Assembly: GCA_002269645.1 (NCBI GenBank)
Contig: NIVC01001325.1
Span: 1-64,000 of the forward strand
Direction: 5' to 3'
DNA length: 64,000 nucleotides
Origin: Macrostomum lignano
Lineage: Eukaryota
The position numbers were made by a program, and so were the translations under genes. Of this stretch, positions 23,701-36,400 are shown one piece after another. The notes beneath the pieces were generated by a model that made no database searches, was not told where the DNA came from, and was given only the letters and a program-made list of their open reading frames with translations. Within the stretch, counting starts at the first letter, position 1. Each line of letters opens with the position of its first letter.

Positions 23701-24614
23701 CCTCCACTCGGACGTGATGTCTTGGTGATGATGGAGCCCACACTCTGCTGTTGAAGCTTCTCGTTTGCTTCACAGATGAGGCCGTGCAAACTGCGGGTAT
23801 CGGCTCTGAGCTCCTTCACTCTCTCAGTGGCGAGCTGACTTGACTTGCTACGGCTGTTGGCACGCCTCAAGCGCAGGTCACGCCTACGGCTGGCAGATGA
23901 TGCAAAGGCCTGCCGCTTGGCATGCTCAGCACGCAGCTTGTCGTATCTGCCTTGTAGCCGTCTGAGACGCTGATTCCAGACGCGAATTTCAGGCCGCTTG
24001 GCTAGCTTAGCCCTCAGTCGCCGGACTTCAGCTTTCTGCTCGGCCAGGGCGGCCTTCAGCTGCGCAACTTTGGCTTTGGCCTTGTGAACTCGCAGATCAA
24101 CAATGGCTGCCTCGATGCCGATCTTCTCTTCGACAGAGACACTCATGCCAGACTGCTTCGATTGGTCAAGCCTTGCTGGAGTCGGTGAGTTCGAGGCCAT
24201 TGGCATTGGTGATGTTGACAAAGGCACAATCGGCATTGCCATTGGGTTCAACAGCTGTTGCAATGCCGCTGGAGGTTCGAATTCTCGTGCCAAATGGGCC
24301 TCATATGTCGAGATGCCATCACCAGACGCAGCCTCACGAGTGTGACTCTTCAGCAGAATTTGGGCTTCTCTCTCTAAATCCTTAATCCTTTTCAGGAGTG
24401 CCTTCTTCAGATTGTCAGAGACAAACTCCATCAAGTGAGAAGGTAGCCCAACCAGTTTCAGAATCGGCTGGGCCTTGTCAAGTCCTGTATGGGCCTGGCT
24501 GCTGGACTTGAGATGAGTAATCACCTGGCCATTGGTGACTGGGCGAATGGATGATCTGGACCTGCCACGAAGCCGAAGGTTGGGCTTGGTCTTGGGTGTG
24601 GAGGATGTGGCCAT
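20732..24614 (-). mobile_element. Intact 4-exon DDE transposase (hAT-like CxxH clade), ~1171 aa, with C-terminal RG tract and Spindlin-like Tudor domain; exons 23397-24614, 22205-23221, 21530-22088, 20732-21453
   Basis: Introns of 175, 116 and 76 nt (cag|gtaaac, cag|gtaaat, a|gtacgt; acceptors catag, ttcag, tgtag) join four ORFs in phase without stops (3516 nt). Motifs: TILHDATSKKG (D1), LMTDRH (D2), FCGMHVIVNL (CxxH), DNVAVERGFGMLD (E). Element termini not identified. Confidence 0.8.
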
Positions 24615-25660
24615 AGATAGTATTGTTTAGTCAGTCAGTACTCCAGTAGTCTACTCCAGTGGCAGCTGGAATGGTAACATATTGATTGACTTACTGAGTT
24701 ACTCAGGTGATTCAGTGCCAAATAAGTATGAATATGTCTCATTATCAATAATGAGACATATAATTTATGTCTCAGTTATCAATAGTTTATAATATATTTG
24801 TAATATTTATAATAATATAAATAAACTTATAATATATTATTTATTATGATACATTTAATTTTAATTTATAATAATATAATAAATATAATTTATTATGTTT
24901 TTTAAATTTAGTATAATAAATTTATAATAATTTATCAATAAAATCAAATTGTAGCTTTAAAAAGCATATGTATTGCCCCCGTGACCACACACAGTTATCA
25001 TTTTTCCTATACTTAGTGCAAAATAACTTAAGAAGAAAGGACACCACTGACTTGCCTTGTACATAGCAAGCAAGGCAAGAAAAAAAGCAAAAAAATGACA
25101 CCAAGAACAGCAAAATTGGTAATACAAAACGAAAGTTCTTGCTGGTCAACCACGAAAAAAACAAATATTTTGGAAAAAATGATCACAGCCCATAATGCAA
25201 ATATCCCATAAGAGAATCCGCAAAAAATGGTCACTAAAATGGCCACAACTTTCTTATTCCTTTACCAAATCTAATAATATAATACTTTTTGCAAACAAGA
25301 AAGTAAGATCTATCAGATAAGCATAAAAAATCTGTCAGACTTTTAACTTTCAAAATCTCACTGGAGTCCCTATATATTGCAATACTAGAAGAAACAGCAG
25401 CAACATTAATTTGTGACACATGGATTATTAAAGTCAGGCACAAGTAAATTTATATATATATATATATTTTTTTTTTCTAATCAAATGAACTATATAAACT
25501 TATGGTTGATTGCCTTTGAGACAGTTGTCCCTACATACATGAGCAACCTCCGAAATTTGGTCGGCCATGCGACTTAGTTTCAACAAAAATGCGACGTAGT
25601 TTTTGGCCAAAAATGCGACTTACATGTAAAAAAACCCTAAAGCAAAATTAACGCAACTTT

Positions 25661-25724
25661 GGGTAAACGGCAGGAGTAACTATAACTGTCTTATTAAGCC
25701 AAAATGCCTCGTCAGCTACTTAGT
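25661..25724 (+). other. Degenerate 28S rRNA fragment (helix 69-71 region), copy 2
   Basis: gggtaaacggcaggagtaactataactgtcttattaagccaaaatgcctcgtcagctacttagt aligns at roughly 54/64 by eye to GGGTAAACGGCGGGAGTAACTATGACTCTCTTAAGGTAGCCAAATGCCTCGTCATCTAATTAGT. Confidence 0.8.
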
Positions 25725-27492
25725 ACTACTACTTGGTTATTTTTTCAGGTGGGCATTTTTGCAACTTCCTTGGTTGGCCGCCAGATCGGTCGGCCGGATC
25801 GGCCGACTCGGCCGACTGTTGCGCATGTATGTGTCCCTATTCCATCTGGACTTAAAAATGTACTTACTCCAAATCCAAGACTCCAAGCTAGGGGGTGTAT
25901 AGGCCCTATGCACCTACATGAAAATATGTTATAATTTGGCATAATTAAAACAAAATTACCTTTATTTGAATGGCAAGGATAAATGATAATTTGTTAAATT
26001 TCAATAAGTTTTGTAGCTTTCTTTAACCTTTAGCATTCGCCAAATTGGCTATCGCAGAACTGACTTGTTGCCAAATCAGTTGTCACCATATTAGCTTATT
26101 GCCAAATTAATTAGGAAGCAATTTTAAAATTGCACTCTGAAATTGAAAAGTGGATGTAGTTTAGTAGGTGTGGTCACATAACATTTTTTCTATTGAAGCC
26201 CATTTCCACTGCCTTTAAATAAGAAAAAAGAGAAATTGCACTCTGAGCCTTACAATTGCACCCTGAAAGTAAGCATAGGGTGCAATTTTGCACCTTGTCT
26301 CTGGCAAAAAAGAAAACCCAACTCTTATTACTTAACTAATTTCTATGTCCAATATCTCTTTTTTTATATTTTTAATCCTTTATGTATTGTCATTAATAAA
26401 AAATAGAGTTCATATAGGTCCCTAGTCCATAGCCCCAGACCCAAATCTTATATATATGCTAGAAAAGTCTGGTATACAATGGCAATGAAAAATTGGTTAA
26501 CATAAAATATTTGGGATATGGACCAATCTTCCAAAAAATTGTGGCACCAAGCTATTGGATGGCATAGCTATTGGAATACAAAAGATGGAAATTTCATAAC
26601 TTGCAAGAAAGGGTTGTTTATAGTTGTAGGTCTAATGCAAAAAGTCTTTTATTGTTGCAATGCAAAAATGTCCTTTTTGTCACAATACAAAAAAGATCCT
26701 TTATTGTATCTATTAATAATAAAGGCATATCACAAGTAAATTTGTTTTCTAGTATAAATTTGAAAATATAATAGGCTTATAGGGGGTCACTTCTTCCAGC
26801 ATACCATATTACATGTAATAGATTTGAGAGTGTAGTACTATAGCTATGGATATAGCTATAGAAAGTTAGTCATAGATATAAAGGTTTTTTAACAAAGCAT
26901 ATAAATTATAAATACAAATATGGTTATAGGAACTTGTATTTCACATATCTAGTTCTTGTATCTAATAATATTACTTAACTAAGATTTAAAAGACCATTGG
27001 AGCTATTTCTTTAATAGTTAGGATAGTAGAAATAAATGAATGTTGCCAGTTTCAAAATGAGCAAAGCTCTCAAGTCCTTAGAATTTAGGACTCAAGCATT
27101 AACATAAATTGTCAATGCCATCCACATATTATAGTTGGGTAGTAGGCCATAGTCAAAAAAAACATTACATATATATCTTACATTATATCTATTTGAAGCT
27201 ATGTAAGTATTTCTTTTCTAATGGTTTATTGCCTATAGGAACAGTTGTGCCTATTTTAAAGATGCATAGCTTTGATTTCTTTCTTTTTTATAGATTTGTT
27301 TAAACTTTTTCAATTGAGCTATACCAAATAAATGGCTTTAATTAATAACTGGAAAATATTATAAACTGTGAAGTTTCTATATGATTTTTAACAAACTGCT
27401 CAATTGTTGCATGCTATGACACTGATAGAAATTGTTAGCAGGCAATAGTAAATTAGTTAAACAACCAAGTTTGCCAATACAACTGCATCAAC

Positions 27493-30400
27493 ATGGATTC
27501 AGAGCGCAACTTTGCAATGGGCATGGATGACTCCGAGCACATTCCAGCTGGATATGATGGCAAACGAGCCAAGAAAGCTGTGTTCAGAAAAACGATTGAT
27601 TATAATCATTCGAGTTTTAAGTATCTGTCTGTAAGTTCTCCTTAGCACTTATTTTTTATGTTGGGAAATAGTTATTGTATTTTACTTTTACTTTCTGAGG
27701 TTGCCGTTTCCTTCAGATCCTTAGGTTGTGTCGGTGCCGTTTCCTTCAGATCCTTAGGTTGTGTCGGTGTCGTTTCCTTCAGATCCTTAGGTTGTGTCGG
27801 TGTCGTTTCCTTCAGATCCTTAGGTTGTGTCGGTGTCGTTTCCTTCAAACCCTTAGGTTGTGTCGCTGTCGTTTCCTTCAAATCTGTAGGTTGTGTCGGT
27901 GCCGTTTCCTTCAGATCCTTAGGTTGTGTCAGTGCCGTTTCCTTCAGATCCTTAGGTTGTGTCGGTGTCGTTTCCTTCAGATCCTTAGGTTGTGTCGGTG
28001 CCGTTTCCTTCAACTCTGTAGGTTGTGTCGGTGTCGTTTCCTTCAGATCCCTAGGTTGTGTCGGTGCCGTTTCCTTCAGATCCTTAGGTTGTGTCGGTGC
28101 CGTTTCCTTCAGATCCTTAGGTTGTGTCGGTTCCGTTTCCTTCAGATCCTTAGGTTGTGTCGGTGTCGTTTCCTTCAAACCCTTAGGTTGTGTCGCTGTC
28201 GTTTCCTTCAAATCTGTAGGTTGTGTCGGTGCCGTTTCCTTCAACTCTGTAGGTTGTGTCGGTGTCGTTTCCTTCAGATCCTTAGGTTGTGTCGGTGCCG
28301 TTTTCTTCAGATCCTTAGGTTGTGTCGGTGTCTTTTCTTTCAACTCTGTAGGTTGTGTCGGTGCGGTGTCGTTTCCTTCAGATCCTTAGGTTGTGTCGGT
28401 GTCGTTTCCTTCAGATCCTTAGGTTGTGTCGGTGTCGTTTCCTTCAGATCCTTAGGTTGTGTCGGTGCCGTTTCCTTCAGATCCTTAGGTTGTGTCGGTG
28501 CCGTTTCCTTCAGATCCTTGGTTGTGTCGGTGCCGTTTCCTTCAGATCCTTAGGTTGTGTCGGTGCCGTTTCCTTCAGATCCTTAGGTTGTGTCGGTGCC
28601 GTTTCCTTCAGATCCTTAGGTTGTGTCGGTGCCGTTTCCTTCAGATCCTTGGTTGTGTCGGTGCCGTTTCCTTCAGATCCTTGGTTTTGTCGGTGCCGTT
28701 TCCTTCAGATCCTTAGGTTGTGTCGGTGTCGTTTCCTTCAGATCCTTGGTTGTGTCGGTGTTGTTTCCTTTCAACTCTGTAGGTTGTGTCGGTGTCGTTT
28801 CCTTCAGATCCCTAGGTTGTGTCGGTGTCGTTTCCTTCAGGTCCTGGGATTGTGCCAGTATCCTTAATACCTTAAATTCACCTCAACCTTTAATTTAAGC
28901 CACAAACGGAATTCATTAATTTTAATTTTAGGAGCGACTATTCCGCAAAGACGCAATGAGCAGGCCATTTATTGAACCGGACTACCTGTTTCATGGAGAG
29001 GTACTATTGCCTTTGTTTACTATAAACCTGTATTCTTTATCTATTCTTGTATTTGATTTTAATTGCAAATTTTGTATTACAGCTTCTGCCGCCTCTGGGC
29101 ATGCTGGATTGCCCGTTGAATTGCATCACCGCTAAGCACATTCGAACCTCGACAAACAAGAACAAGTGCCCAATTTTCTCGGTTTGTGTAAGTTGTCTAA
29201 GCATGATCTGATCCAAATGTCTCTTTCCTTAAAATGCTTCGGAATTATGAATCATAAATCAACTCATTGTTTTCCAGTGGACACCGGAGGGCAGGCGGCT
29301 CATTACTGGTGCGGCCAGCGGTGAATTCACGCTTTGGAACGGATTGACATTCAATTTTGAGACAATTTTACAGGTAAGCAGAACTGTTGATAATTGGATA
29401 CAATGCTCTGTCAGCTCTGGTTTCTTGCGTCGTAGTTTTATTGGGTAGCCGCACTCACCCCTCATTCGGTCATTGGGTAGCCACACTCACACCCCTCATT
29501 CGGTCATTGGGTAGCCACACTCACCCCCCTCATTCGGTCATTGGGTAGCCACACTCACACCCCTCATTCGGTCATTGGGTAGCCACACTCACACCCCTCA
29601 TTCGGTCATTGGGTAGCCACACTCACCCCCCTCATTCGGTCATTGGGTAGCCACACTCACACCCCTCATTCGGTCATTGGGTAGCCACACTCACACCCCT
29701 CATTCGGTCATTGGGTAGCCACACTCACACCCCTCATTCGGTCATTGGGTAGCCACACTCACCCCCCTCATTCGGTCATTGGGTAGCCACACTCACACCT
29801 CTCATTCGGTCATTGGGTAGCCACACTCACACCCCTCATTCGGTCATTGGGTAGCCACACTCGCACCCCTCATTCGGTCATTGGGTAGCCACACTCACAC
29901 CCCTCATTCGGTCATTGGGTAGCCACACTCACACCCCTCATTCGGTCATTGGGTAGCCACACTCACCCCTCATTCGGTCATTGGGTAGCCACACTCACAC
30001 CCCTCATTCGGTCATTGGGTAGTCACTCTCTCACCTCTCATTCGGTCATTGGGTAGTCACTCTCTCACACCCCTCATTCGGTAATTGGGTAGTCACTCTC
30101 TCACAGCCCTCAATCGGGCATTGGGTAGACACTCTCTCACCTTTCATTCGGTCATTGGGTAGTCACTCTCTCACAGCCCTCATTCGGGCATTGGGTAGTC
30201 ACTCTCTCACCTCTCATTCGGTCATTGGGTAGTCACTCTCTCACACCCCTCATTCGGTCATTGGGTAGTCACTCTCTCACCTCTCATTCGGTCATTGGGT
30301 AGTCACTCTCTCACCTCTCATTCGGTCATTGGGTAGTCACTCTCTCACAGCCCTCATTCGGGCATTGGGTAGTCACTCTCTCACCTCTCATTCGGTCATT

Positions 30401-33400
30401 GGGTAGTCACTCTCTCACACCCCTCATTCGGTCATTGGGTAGTCACTCTCTCACCTCTCATTCGGTCATTGGGTAGTCACTCTCTCACCTCTCATTCGGT
30501 CATTGGGTAGTCACTCTCTCACAGCCCTCATTCGGGCATTGGGTAGTCACTCTCTCACCCCTCATTCGGTCATTGGGTAGTCACTCTCTCACACCCCTCA
30601 TTCGGTCATTGGGTAGTCACTCTCTCACACCCCTCATTCGGTCATTGGGTAGCCACGCATTCAATTGGTCATTGGGTAGCCACGCATTCAATTGGTCATT
30701 GGGTAGCCACGCATTCAATTGGTCATTGGGTAGCCACGCATTCAATTGGTCATTGGGTAGCCACGCATTCAATTGGTCATTGGGTAGCCACGCATTCAAT
30801 TGGTCATTGGGTAGCCGCGCATTCAATTGGTCATTGGGTAGCCATGCACTCAATCGGTCATTGGGTAGCCACGCATTCAATTGGTCATTGGGTAGCCACG
30901 CATTCAATTGGTCATTGGGTAGCCACGCATTCAATTGGTCATTGGGTAGCCATGCACTCATTCGGTCATTGGGTAGCCACGCATTCAATTGGTCATTGGG
31001 TAGCCACGCATTCAATTGGTCATTGGGTAGCCACGCATTCAATTGGTCATTGGGTAGCCACGCATTCAATCGGTCATTGGGTAGCCACGCATTCAATCGG
31101 TCATTATAGCTACACCCAAACCGTATTAATGCATTAATTATTAGGTATTTCGAACTTGCTCATCCGCAGGCGCACGAGTCCTCAATCCGCTGCATGCTGT
31201 GGTCGCACAACGAGGACTGGCTGCTCACGGCGGACAACGCCGGCTACGTGAAGTACTGGCAGGCCAACATGAACAATGTGAAGATGTATCAGGCTCACAA
31301 AGACCCCATTCGGGGCTGCAGGTGTGCATTTAATAATTTTTATGCGTAAATTAAAATAAATATATTGGATAAAAATACGGAGGAACATGCGGTAGCTGAT
31401 TGCAACATAGAATGGTGCTATTTTAGCATTATGGCAAAGTCGGTGACTCACAGAAAGTGCATCGGGCGTGAATGAAAATACACAATTCATAATTAGATGC
31501 CGTCCTTGATGCCCGAACATATTTTTTATATTAAAATTGATGCAGCATTTCATATTTATTGCAATATATGCTTTGTCAATTGCACCTTTATTCAAATATA
31601 TCTATATTGATTTTTTATTAATATTAGAACTGTTTAGAAAGTGAATCAACATTAAAACTCAACTATGGACTGGTTGATCTTCACTTTTCGGTGATTTTCA
31701 ATTATCGTAACATTATTGCAAGCTTATAGCGCACGAGCGGTCGGCTTGGGTGATGTTGCATGTTGAACTCTTTGAAAGCTTGACATCACAACCAGGTATT
31801 GTTATCACTTAACTTGCCGGCCTAAACCCAACTCTTAATTCGGTCTCAGCCCAACCCTTAATCCGGTCTCAATCCGACCCTTAATCCGGTCTCAATCCGA
31901 CCCTTAATCCGGTCTCAATCCGACCCTTAATCCGGTCTCAGCCCAACCCTTAATCCGGTCTCAATCCGACCCTTAATCCGGTCTCAATCCGACCCTTAAT
32001 CCGGTCTCAGCCCAACCCTTAATCCGGTCTCAATCCGACCCTTAATCCGGTCTCAGCCCAACCCTTAATCCGGTCTCAGCCCAACCCTTAATCCGGTCTC
32101 AATCCGACCCTTAATCCGGTCTCAGCCCAACCCTTAATCCGGTCTCAGCCCAACCCTTAATCCGGTCTCAATCCGACCCTTAATCCGGTCTCAGCCCAAC
32201 CCTTAATCCGGTCTCAGCCCAACCCTTAATCCTGTCTCAACCCAACCCTTAATCCGGTCTCAACCCAACCCTTAATCCGGTCTCAGCCCAACCCTTAATC
32301 CGGTCTCAGCCCAACCCTTAATCCGGTCTCAGCCCAACCCTTAATCTGGTCTCAGCCCAACCCTTAATCTGGTCTCAGCCCAACCCTTAATCCGGTCTCA
32401 ACCCAACCCTTAATCCGGTCTCAGCCCAACCCTTAATCCGGTCTCAGCCCAACCCTTAATCCGGTCTCAACCCAACCCTTAATCCGGCATAGATCCAAGC
32501 CTTAATCCGGCATACACCCAAGCATTAATCCGACCTTAACCTCGACCTTGAATTGTCCCTCAATGGAAATGTGAAATCGGCTCAGATTAAGACAAAAAGA
32601 ATGTATTTATTTTGATCCTGAATTCGCCCAGCCTCGGTACTAAGATGCCAATTTAACAGCATCTTGAGATCAATAGATATTCGCTAGACGATTCGTTGGC
32701 AAAATAAAATTTAATTACATTTTCTCACAAGGACTCCTAAAATAAAGTTACTTTCTAAAATCAATGCCTTAAATTAGATAATACTTTTGACAGGATTTAT
32801 AAATCATATTAATAAAGCCGATGAATTATCCCGGCCATAGCCATACGCTTATAGACAACAAAATATAATATTACGAAAAATGTTAGTTTTGTTTTCTCTC
32901 TTTAGTTTTCTTTCATTTCTTTGTTTCAATCCGTTGCAAGCTTCTGCCCAACCGACACAAAGTTTGTCACCTGTTCGGACGATGCCACGGTTCGAATTTG
33001 GGATTTCGTTCGCTGCAGAGAGGAGAGAGTGCTTCGAGGTGAGTTGCCCTGCTGTTGCCTTTTATTGATTTTCTTAGGAAGTTTGAATTGTAATGTCACC
33101 GGAGCTCTGAGGCTTCGTACAGTCTGTCGGATGTCGGTGTTCTGTTTCGGGCATCGGTAGAGCTGTTGAGGCATTGGTTAACTTAATTCAGGTATAAATG
33201 AAGTAGTTCAGGTAAAGTGGCTCGCTTGATGAAGAGTAAATAAATAAAGGTAAATATCAAAATGAAGTTAGTTATTTATTTATTTGAGTTGCCGATGCAT
33301 TTCGTCCATCAATTGGACATCTTCAGGGCGAAGTTTATTTGAACAAAGTTATTTAACGCAAACAGTATATATATAGTGAGTGAAGTACATGTAATTTTGA

Positions 33401-36400
33401 TGGTTTAAAAACTTGTACATATTAATCGAAAGTAGAAGCATTATTGGTAGGGGGAGAATGCATGTCGGTTTCATTCCAGTCCGGTTATTAGCAAGGTAAA
33501 CTAGAATATGCAGAGTTAAAGTAGTTCAGCTATCAATAGAGTAGTTCAGGTATAAATGAAGATGTTCAGGCGTCGATGAAGTTGTTCAGATGTCGGTGGA
33601 GATGTTCAGGTGTCGGTGGAGATGTTCAGGTGTCGGTAGAGATGTTCAGGTGTCTGTGGAGATGTTCAGGTGTCGGTGAAGTTGTTCAGGTGTCTGTGAA
33701 GTTGTTCAGGTGTCTGTGGAGTTGTTCAGGTGTCTGTGGAGATGTTCAGCTGTCGGTGAAGTTGTTCAGGTGTCTGTGGAGTTGTTCAGGTGTCTGTGGA
33801 GTTGTTCAGGTATAAATGAAGATGTTCAGGTGTCGATGAAGTTGTTCAGCTGTCGGTGAAGTTGTTCAGGTGTCGGTGGAGATGTTCAGGTGTCTGTGGA
33901 GATGTTCAGGTGTCTGTGGAGATGTTCAGCTGTCGGTGAAGTTGTTCAGGTGTCGGTGGAGATGTTCAGGTGTCTGTGGAGATGTTCAGGTGTCGGTGAA
34001 GTTGTTCAGGTGTCTGTGGAGTTGTTCAGGTATAAATGAAGATGTTCAGGTGTCTGTGGAGATGTTCAGGTGTCTGTGGAGATGTTCAGCTGTCGGTGAA
34101 GTTGTTCAGGTGTCGGTGGAGATGTTCAGGTGTCTGTGGAGATGTTCAGGTGTCGGTGAAGTTGTTCAGGTGTCTGTGGAGTTGTTCAGGTATAAATGAA
34201 GATGTTCAGGTGTCGGTGAAGTTGTTCAGGTGTCGGCGGAGATGTTCAGGCGTCGGTGCAGATGTTCAGGCGTCGGTGAAGTTGTTCAGATGATGTTTAG
34301 GTATCAATGAAGCTGTTCAGATGCATGCTATTGAGAAGCTGTGAGAGTTAGCTGCTCATTGATTCAATAAGATTGCAGGGTTGGGAGTAATCTGCCGAAA
34401 AAATTCAAACAGAGATACGTAACCTCTGTTGCCCTCCCTTCACAGGTCACGGCGCCGATGTCCGCAGCGTAGCCTGGCACCCGCATAAATCCTTGGTGAT
34501 CTCCGGCAGCAAAGACGCTCAGCAGCCCATTAAGTTATGGGACCCGAAAAGTGGCGAATCTTTGACTACGCTGTAAGCTTTTTTAGTGAAAGTCTGCTGA
34601 TTTTGCTGCCAACTCGACCAGAGAATCGCCCCAACCAGACCAGAGAATCGCCCCCAACCAGACCAGAGAATCGCCCCCAACCAGACTAGAGAATCGCCCC
34701 CAACCAGACTAGAGAATCGCCCCCAACCAGATCAGAGAATCGCCCTCAACCAGACCAGAGAATCGCCCTCAACCAGACCAGAGAATCGTCCCCAACCAGA
34801 CCAGAGAATCGTCCCCAACCAGACCAGAGAATCGCCCCAACCAGACCAGAGAATCGCCCCCAACCAGACCAGAGAATCGTCCCCAACCAGACCAGAGAAT
34901 CGCCCCCAACCAGACCAGAGAATCACCCTCAACCAGACCAGAGAATCGTCTTAACTGCCACTCAACACCAACAGCTATGTGCACAAGAACACTTGCACAG
35001 ACGTGCAGTGGAACCGCAACGGCAATTGGTTTCTGACAGCTTCAAGAGACAACCTCATAAAGCTATTTGACGTGCGCAACCTGCGCCAGGATTTGCAAAC
35101 ATTTCGTGGACACAAGAAGGACGTCATGCGGGTTGCCTGGCACCCAGAGTACGAGTCACTGTTTGCCAGCGGCGGCGCCGACGGTGCCATGATGTTCTGG
35201 AACGTCGGCACCAGAACGGACGTCGGCTGTGTTGAAGACGCGCACGAGAACATGATCTGGTCTCTGGCCTGGCACCCGCTCGGGCACATCATTGTCACCG
35301 GGTCGAACGACTTCTCCACGTGAGATCCATTTTTGAGATCGATTGACTTCATTTTATTACTTGCAGTAGACAATTTAGCAAGTTGCTAAATCCTCACTTT
35401 TTGTCGTTCAAAAAAACCGCAGCAAATTCTGGAGCCGCAACCGGCCCGGCGACGTGATCCGCGACGCGCCCAAAGTCGTGCCCGGCGGCGCCGTCGCAGC
35501 CCCTGTCACCGGCGTTGTCGACCGTCGTGACCATCGACAGCAGGCTGGCGGGCATCATCGGCAGCAAATCCAGCAGCATCACCACCATCGGGATCATCAT
35601 CACCATCACCATCAACGAGGAGGAGGCGGCAGCAACTTCAGAGGCGGTCGTGGGGGACGGGCCGGCGGTCGCGGAGGCCATTTTCATCAGGGCTACCGCG
35701 GCGGCGGAGGCGGCAGCTTCCGTGGTGGCCACGGCGGCGGAGGGGTGGGTTGTCTGTTGAGTGTCTGTTAAGAATGTATTTTCCTTACAGACATTGTGTC
35801 TGCTTGATTATCGGGACATACACTGGGTCTCTGCTTGATTATCGGGACATACAATGGGTCTCTGCTTGATTATCGGGACATACACTGGGTCTCTGCTTGA
35901 TTATCGGGACATACACTGGGTCTCTGCTTGATTATCGGGACATACACTGGGTCTCTGCTTGATTATCGGGACATACACTGGGTCTCTGCTTGATTATCGG
36001 GACATACACTGGGTCTCTGCTTGATTATCGGGACATACACTGGGTCTCTGCTTGATTATCGGGACATACACTGGGTCTCTGCTTGATTATCGGGACATAC
36101 ACTGTGTCTCTGCTTGATTATCGATACATACACTGTGTCTCTGCTTGATTATCCGGACATACATTGTGTCTCTGCTTGATTATCCTGACAGACATTGTGT
36201 CTCTGCTTGATTATCCGGACAGACATTGTGTCTGCTTGATTATCCGAACAGACATTGTGTCTGCTTGATTATCCGAACAGACATTGTGTCTGCTTGATTA
36301 TCCGGACAGACATTGTGTCTGCTTGATTATCCGGACAGACATTGTGTTTGTGATTGATTTTGCTGAATCCTACGATCGATTGACAGCTGGTATTTAGGTA

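Noticed and set aside
25028-25246. Hydrophobic 72-aa minus-strand ORF as a membrane protein
   Set aside because: Result of T-rich composition in AT-rich DNA upstream of the transposase.
20076-25724. 28S-like segments as functional rRNA genes
   Set aside because: Only ~64 nt each, mutated in the conserved core, with no adjoining rDNA.
30573-31137. SLGSHAFNW / NAWLPNDQL ORFs
   Set aside because: 27-bp intronic repeat with no unique coding flanks.
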